A stretch of 64,000 bases of DNA from Mobula hypostoma (Eukaryota), in NCBI RefSeq assembly GCF_963921235.1, contig NC_086097.1:142416001-142480000 (forward strand). Direction: 5' to 3'. Each line of letters opens with the position of its first letter. Within the stretch, counting starts at the first letter, position 1. Both the position numbers and the translations under genes were made by a program. The notes beneath the pieces were generated by a model. That model searched no databases, was not told the DNA's origin, and saw nothing but the letters and a program-made list of their open reading frames with translations. Shown piece by piece: positions 61,391-64,000 of the stretch.

Positions 61391-64000
61391 TCCCTCGCAT
61401 TGTAGGATGGATAGAAGCTTTTCGATAAGTAAATTCTAATTAAATTCAAATTCTGATGTACATCCTACAGTATCATCTACATTTTTGATAAAAACTGAGA
61501 TTGATCCCATCAACTCTTAGTGACTTATGTCGTTCATGAAGCCCAACACCACCATCTCTGTGATATCAGCCCTCCTTAGGTTAAACCCTAGCGTAATAAC
61601 CTGCAGCCCTATCATGGAAGCACAAAGATTGCCACATACGGAAGTTTTCATTGAGTCCGAGATCCATCTGGTCACTCGTTCCAGCTATAGCACAACTACT
61701 TCCACTTACAAACTTTTCAAAACACTTCAGTTGAGCAATATCAAAAATTGATGCTGAGCCACAACTTACTGGTGTAGACATAATGCATTGTAAACCTGTA
61801 GGATTTAAGCAGGATTTTAAAGATGAAAATGTTGGCATGCAGATTTTTGGGTATTAAGCAAATAGAAGGATATGGAGTTAGAGTGAAAGAATTAGCAAAA
61901 TTATCTAAAATAAAAATACTGAACAGCAGATTAAGTGTTAATCTTGCTTGCACAGGTATAAGATCATGGAACTTACTAACACATGGAATTTCTGCATCCA
62001 AGGAAAGGTGGAAAAAGGGGTTAGAAGCATAAGAGCACACTGTCAGCACAGACCAGCTGAGCTCAGTGGCTGCTTTGTATGTGATAGATTTTATGGAATT
62101 CTTTACTAAATGATTGAATCTAGGAGATTTATGAAAAGGGAAACAGTTCTTCTACAGTCTGAAATAAATCAACTGACCAATGACAAGATGGCATTTGGAT
62201 TTAAAAGTGAAGAAAAACATGTAAAAATTAGGTAATGCAGACAGTGCTCCTACAATTTCAGAAATAAATATACTAATTACCACAGAGCAGACACCACAGA
62301 TTGGAAGCAGGTTAGAAGGAAGAAGTAATAGATGACTGTAGTTTACTTGAGCCATCTTATTAAGAGACAAAGACTGAGGATCTGTGCATACAAGGAATAG
62401 AATACTCCTAATTGCATGGTTTTCCAACACTTCCCACTGTTGGCCAACAATTTGAACTAAGAATACTGCTTACTAGACACCAATTTGTATATACTAGAAG
62501 GTTACACACCATGGGTGATTAAGCAATCAAACTTTGAGCTATAGTCCAAAGAACTGGTAACATCCTGCTAATAATAAATAAAACACAGATTCATATGATT
62601 TGGCTCAGTACGGATGCACATAATTTATTAGTTTTTACATTGAAAACATTCATGTATTTCAAAATAATCTGGTAATCAAGATACTGTTTACACCTCCGAG
62701 AAAGGATATATATTTCATTCATGAACTGAAGTGTGACCTATCATTTGCTAGGGGGTTGTCATAAACATACTACAAATAGAAATATGTTTCCATGTTGTCC
62801 ATATTCCATGCAAGAGATCTCCATTAGCCACTTTCTGATGGTGACAAACTTATATTTCCATCTTAATCTTTCCAAGTCAGAGAAATGTCCTCACGCTGGA
62901 TATGAGGAGGAATATGGAAGCACAGGGATCAAATTATCCTCACATTTCACCTTTCTATTGCACCTTTAATGTAGTAAAATATCCATAGACTCAAGAAAGA
63001 TCACACCTTGAACTGCAGTGTCAAAAATCAGAAAAGTCATTAAAGGAGTGTATTACGAATGAACAAGTTGTTCAGTAACATTGCTTCCCACAAGCTCCCA
63101 CTACAGTCCAGTAAAGGTCACTAGCTAAGGACTCAGTTCAGGTGTCCTGTGGAAAGTGCATTGTTCAGTTAATCTTTATCAACCACATTAAATGACAAAA
63201 AGATACAAGTGTAAGGTTAGTAGAATAATGACTAGAAAACTCATACAGACTCTCAAGTCTGATAGAACTAAACATTCTATAACATAAACACAGAAAAGTA
63301 CTTGTGTACCCTTAATTAGGTTTGAACTATCCTTCTGGGAACCTTACATTTAAAAGAAATTACATTGAACATAGGTCCCAAGCAGTGCAAAAAAAAATTA
63401 TGTGTTCCAGAGATAACTGCGTGGAGATTATAAAGTTTTTTTTTGTAACAAAAACTTTAATAGTTATTCCACACTGCAATCCATTTGGTAGAAGTCTCTC
63501 CCAGTCACATTTTCAAGTCTAATACTTAAAAATTTGAAGCAACATATGAAATGCAGAATGAATGAGAAGAATTTGTAATACCAACACTTTATATGAGAAT
63601 ATATTTAAAAAGGAAACATTCTGGATTGTAGGGAAAAAGCAGGAGAATAGGATCAAATGAATTAAGTACCTGCACAGTCATGATGGGCAGAGTAGTCATT
63701 TACTTTTTGATCTGAAGTTTTCTTTTTGATCTGAAATGAACTGTATTTCAATGAGATATAGTTTCTCTGGTGTATTTTATCAGATCTAACCAGTTGTGGT
63801 AGAGACCAATGTGCAACAACAGGCACACTTTGTGATGTGAATTAACCATTTCCAGCTGTTGAATGCAACCGTGATATCAACAAGACCCGAAAGTTATTTA
63901 CAAACAGAGCAAAGACAGGGGTAACAGATATCCAAAACTCCCCCCATGTGCAGGGAAGAGAATGACAGAAATCACTTCCATTTTTATTCATGAGCTAAGG

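Noticed and set aside
62158..62231. Possible plus-strand exon (ttctacag|TCTGAA...ATTAG|gtaatg)
   Set aside because: Splice-like ends and an open frame, but no recognisable protein and no partner exons; could be chance.

Overview
Repeat-rich vertebrate genomic DNA. The repeat types (CR1, Penelope, Rex/Babar, V-SINE) point to a cartilaginous fish, probably a ray; this is inference. One host gene spans the window on the minus strand: a slow/cardiac essential myosin light chain, most like MYL3 (fish myl13 type). It has six coding exons between 49955 and 19361 (108+28+150+174+78+29 = 567 nt, 188 aa), a GC-AG fifth intron and a muscle-type proximal promoter. The rest is mostly transposable elements: a decayed chromodomain Gypsy LTR element (564-4712, TSD GGCAT), an IR/DR Tc1 (9486-10972), a young near-complete I/Nimb LINE with RNase H in intron 5 (19570-24893, 13-bp TSD), a hAT/Charlie element carrying a CR1 piece (31830-33066, 8-bp TSD), many CR1 and Rex/Babar fragments, tRNA-derived SINEs and Penelope-like elements. 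The most notable non-coding signal is a minimal hammerhead ribozyme motif repeated in the Penelope termini. Four 90-140 bp stand-alone insertions begin at this motif. Hammerheads in Penelope-like elements are already known, so no certain new system is claimed; the mini-insertions are the best lead.
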